This document shows positions 63,125 to 64,000 of a stretch of DNA of 64,000 nucleotides, piece after piece; position 1 is the first letter of the stretch, and the number at the start of each line of letters is the position of its first letter. The translations under genes and the position numbers were made by a program. The notes under the pieces were generated by a model. It worked only from the letters and a program-made list of their open reading frames with translations. It was not told the DNA's origin and ran no database searches. The stretch is from Malacoraja senta (taxonomy: Eukaryota): contig CM075990.1 in NCBI GenBank assembly GCA_038087875.1, positions 14,510,001-14,574,000 of the forward strand. The letters are read 5' to 3'.

Positions 63125-63205
63125 TTGTCTCTGAGTCAGAAGGTTTGTGGTTAAATCCCATTTAAGGCACAGGGAAATCTAATCCTAGTTCAGTATTGAG
63201 AGAAT
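63125..63205 (+). mobile_element. Possible DeuSINE (SacSINE1-like) relic
   Basis: tctgagtcagaaggtttgtggttaaatccca...cagtattgag resembles, from memory, the shark Deu-domain SINE head. Confidence 0.35.
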
Positions 63206-63209
63206 ACTT

Positions 63210-63545
63210 AAGGTAGACATAAAATGCTGGAGGAACACAACTGGTCAGGCAGCATCTCTGGAGAAAAGTAATAGGTGACGTTTTGGGTCAGAACCCTTCT
63301 CCAGTCTGAAAGATGGAGAAGGCAAGAACAAACCAGGGCTGGCAACAGATGACCTCAGGAAGGGTGGAGTCCATAATGGCTCATTGTTGGCTGGGGAAGA
63401 TGTGCTAATGACAGGGATATGAGGATGTGAACAGTGGAACTAGAAGAGTGACTAGGGGGTGGGGGGTGGTGGTGGGGGAAGAGATGCAGGAGCTACTTGG
63501 AATTCGAGAAATCGATATTCCCAGATAGTGTTACAGCTACAGAGA
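63210..63545 (-). mobile_element. PLE 3' end and terminal repeat
   Basis: NIDFSNSK* relic at about 63494-63520 (minus), UTR, terminal repeat 63210-63305. Confidence 0.7.
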
Positions 63546-63729
63546 AAGTACAGATTAAAAAAAAAAAAAGTGCTGAGCTGTAACAATGTAGATTGTAAGA
63601 TGGCAGATACATTCTTAGCACGTGAGAGGTTCTTTCATCAGCATGGTAACCAATAGGGTTTTTATGTTTTTGTAATCCTAGGTCAATGTAACATAGACCC
63701 TAAAGATGGGGGGGGGGGGGGGGGGGGGG

Positions 63730-63850
63730 TTGATCCTGGAGGTCATGGCTCCCGGGCTCTTGCACCTTCTTCCCAATGGTCTCAGCAAGATGGAAGCGTG
63801 GCTTGGGTGGTGTGTGTCTTTAATATTAGCTGCCTTCTTGAGACAGTGCA
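63730..63850 (-). mobile_element. Rex1/Babar fragment
   Basis: HCLKKAANIKDTHHPSHASILLRPLGRRCKS...TSR. Confidence 0.7.
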
Positions 63851-63975
63851 GCTTACAACCCACCTTCTAACCCAGTTTACAAGAGCAGCTTACAACCCAG
63901 CGGTATGAATATTGATTTCTCTAACTTCAAGTAATCCTTGCATTGCCCTCTCTCCATCCTCCCCCACCCGTCTTC
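63849..63975 (+). mobile_element. PLE ORF end fragment
   Basis: SSLQPSGMNIDFSNFK*; the gcagcttacaaccca segment is locally duplicated. Confidence 0.75.
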
Positions 63976-64000
63976 CTGGCTACAAAGTCATCTTGTTGAG

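Noticed and set aside
1417..63305. Recurrent ~30-bp hairpin repeats as a CRISPR array
   Set aside because: Dispersed, in both orientations, with no regular spacers and no cas genes; embedded in Penelope repeats of a vertebrate genome.

Overview
Eukaryotic, non-coding vertebrate DNA. The repeat content (HE1/V-SINE-type tRNA SINEs with CR1/HER1 tails, CR1 LINEs, Rex1/Babar, Penelope-like elements) points to a cartilaginous fish, most likely a skate or ray; this is inferred, not confirmed. I found no intact protein-coding gene, rRNA, functional tRNA or CRISPR array, and the ORF track consists of chance ORFs and decayed transposon frames. The window looks like a large intron or gene desert: transposon remnants alternate with TE-poor AT-rich blocks resembling developmental enhancers, and there is a possible promoter or first exon near 59.8-60.7 kb. 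The most notable structures are two classes of self-cleaving RNA motif carried by retroelements. One is a near-complete HDV-like double-pseudoknot ribozyme at the 5' end of a ~420-bp non-autonomous RTE element bounded by a target-site duplication (TSD) (52152-52572, minus strand). The other is about 20 copies, mostly decayed, of a minimal hammerhead motif in Penelope-derived terminal repeats, often arranged as fold-back palindromes. Both ribozyme-retroelement associations are known in other animals. Activity here is untested, and repeat boundaries are approximate unless a TSD is quoted.
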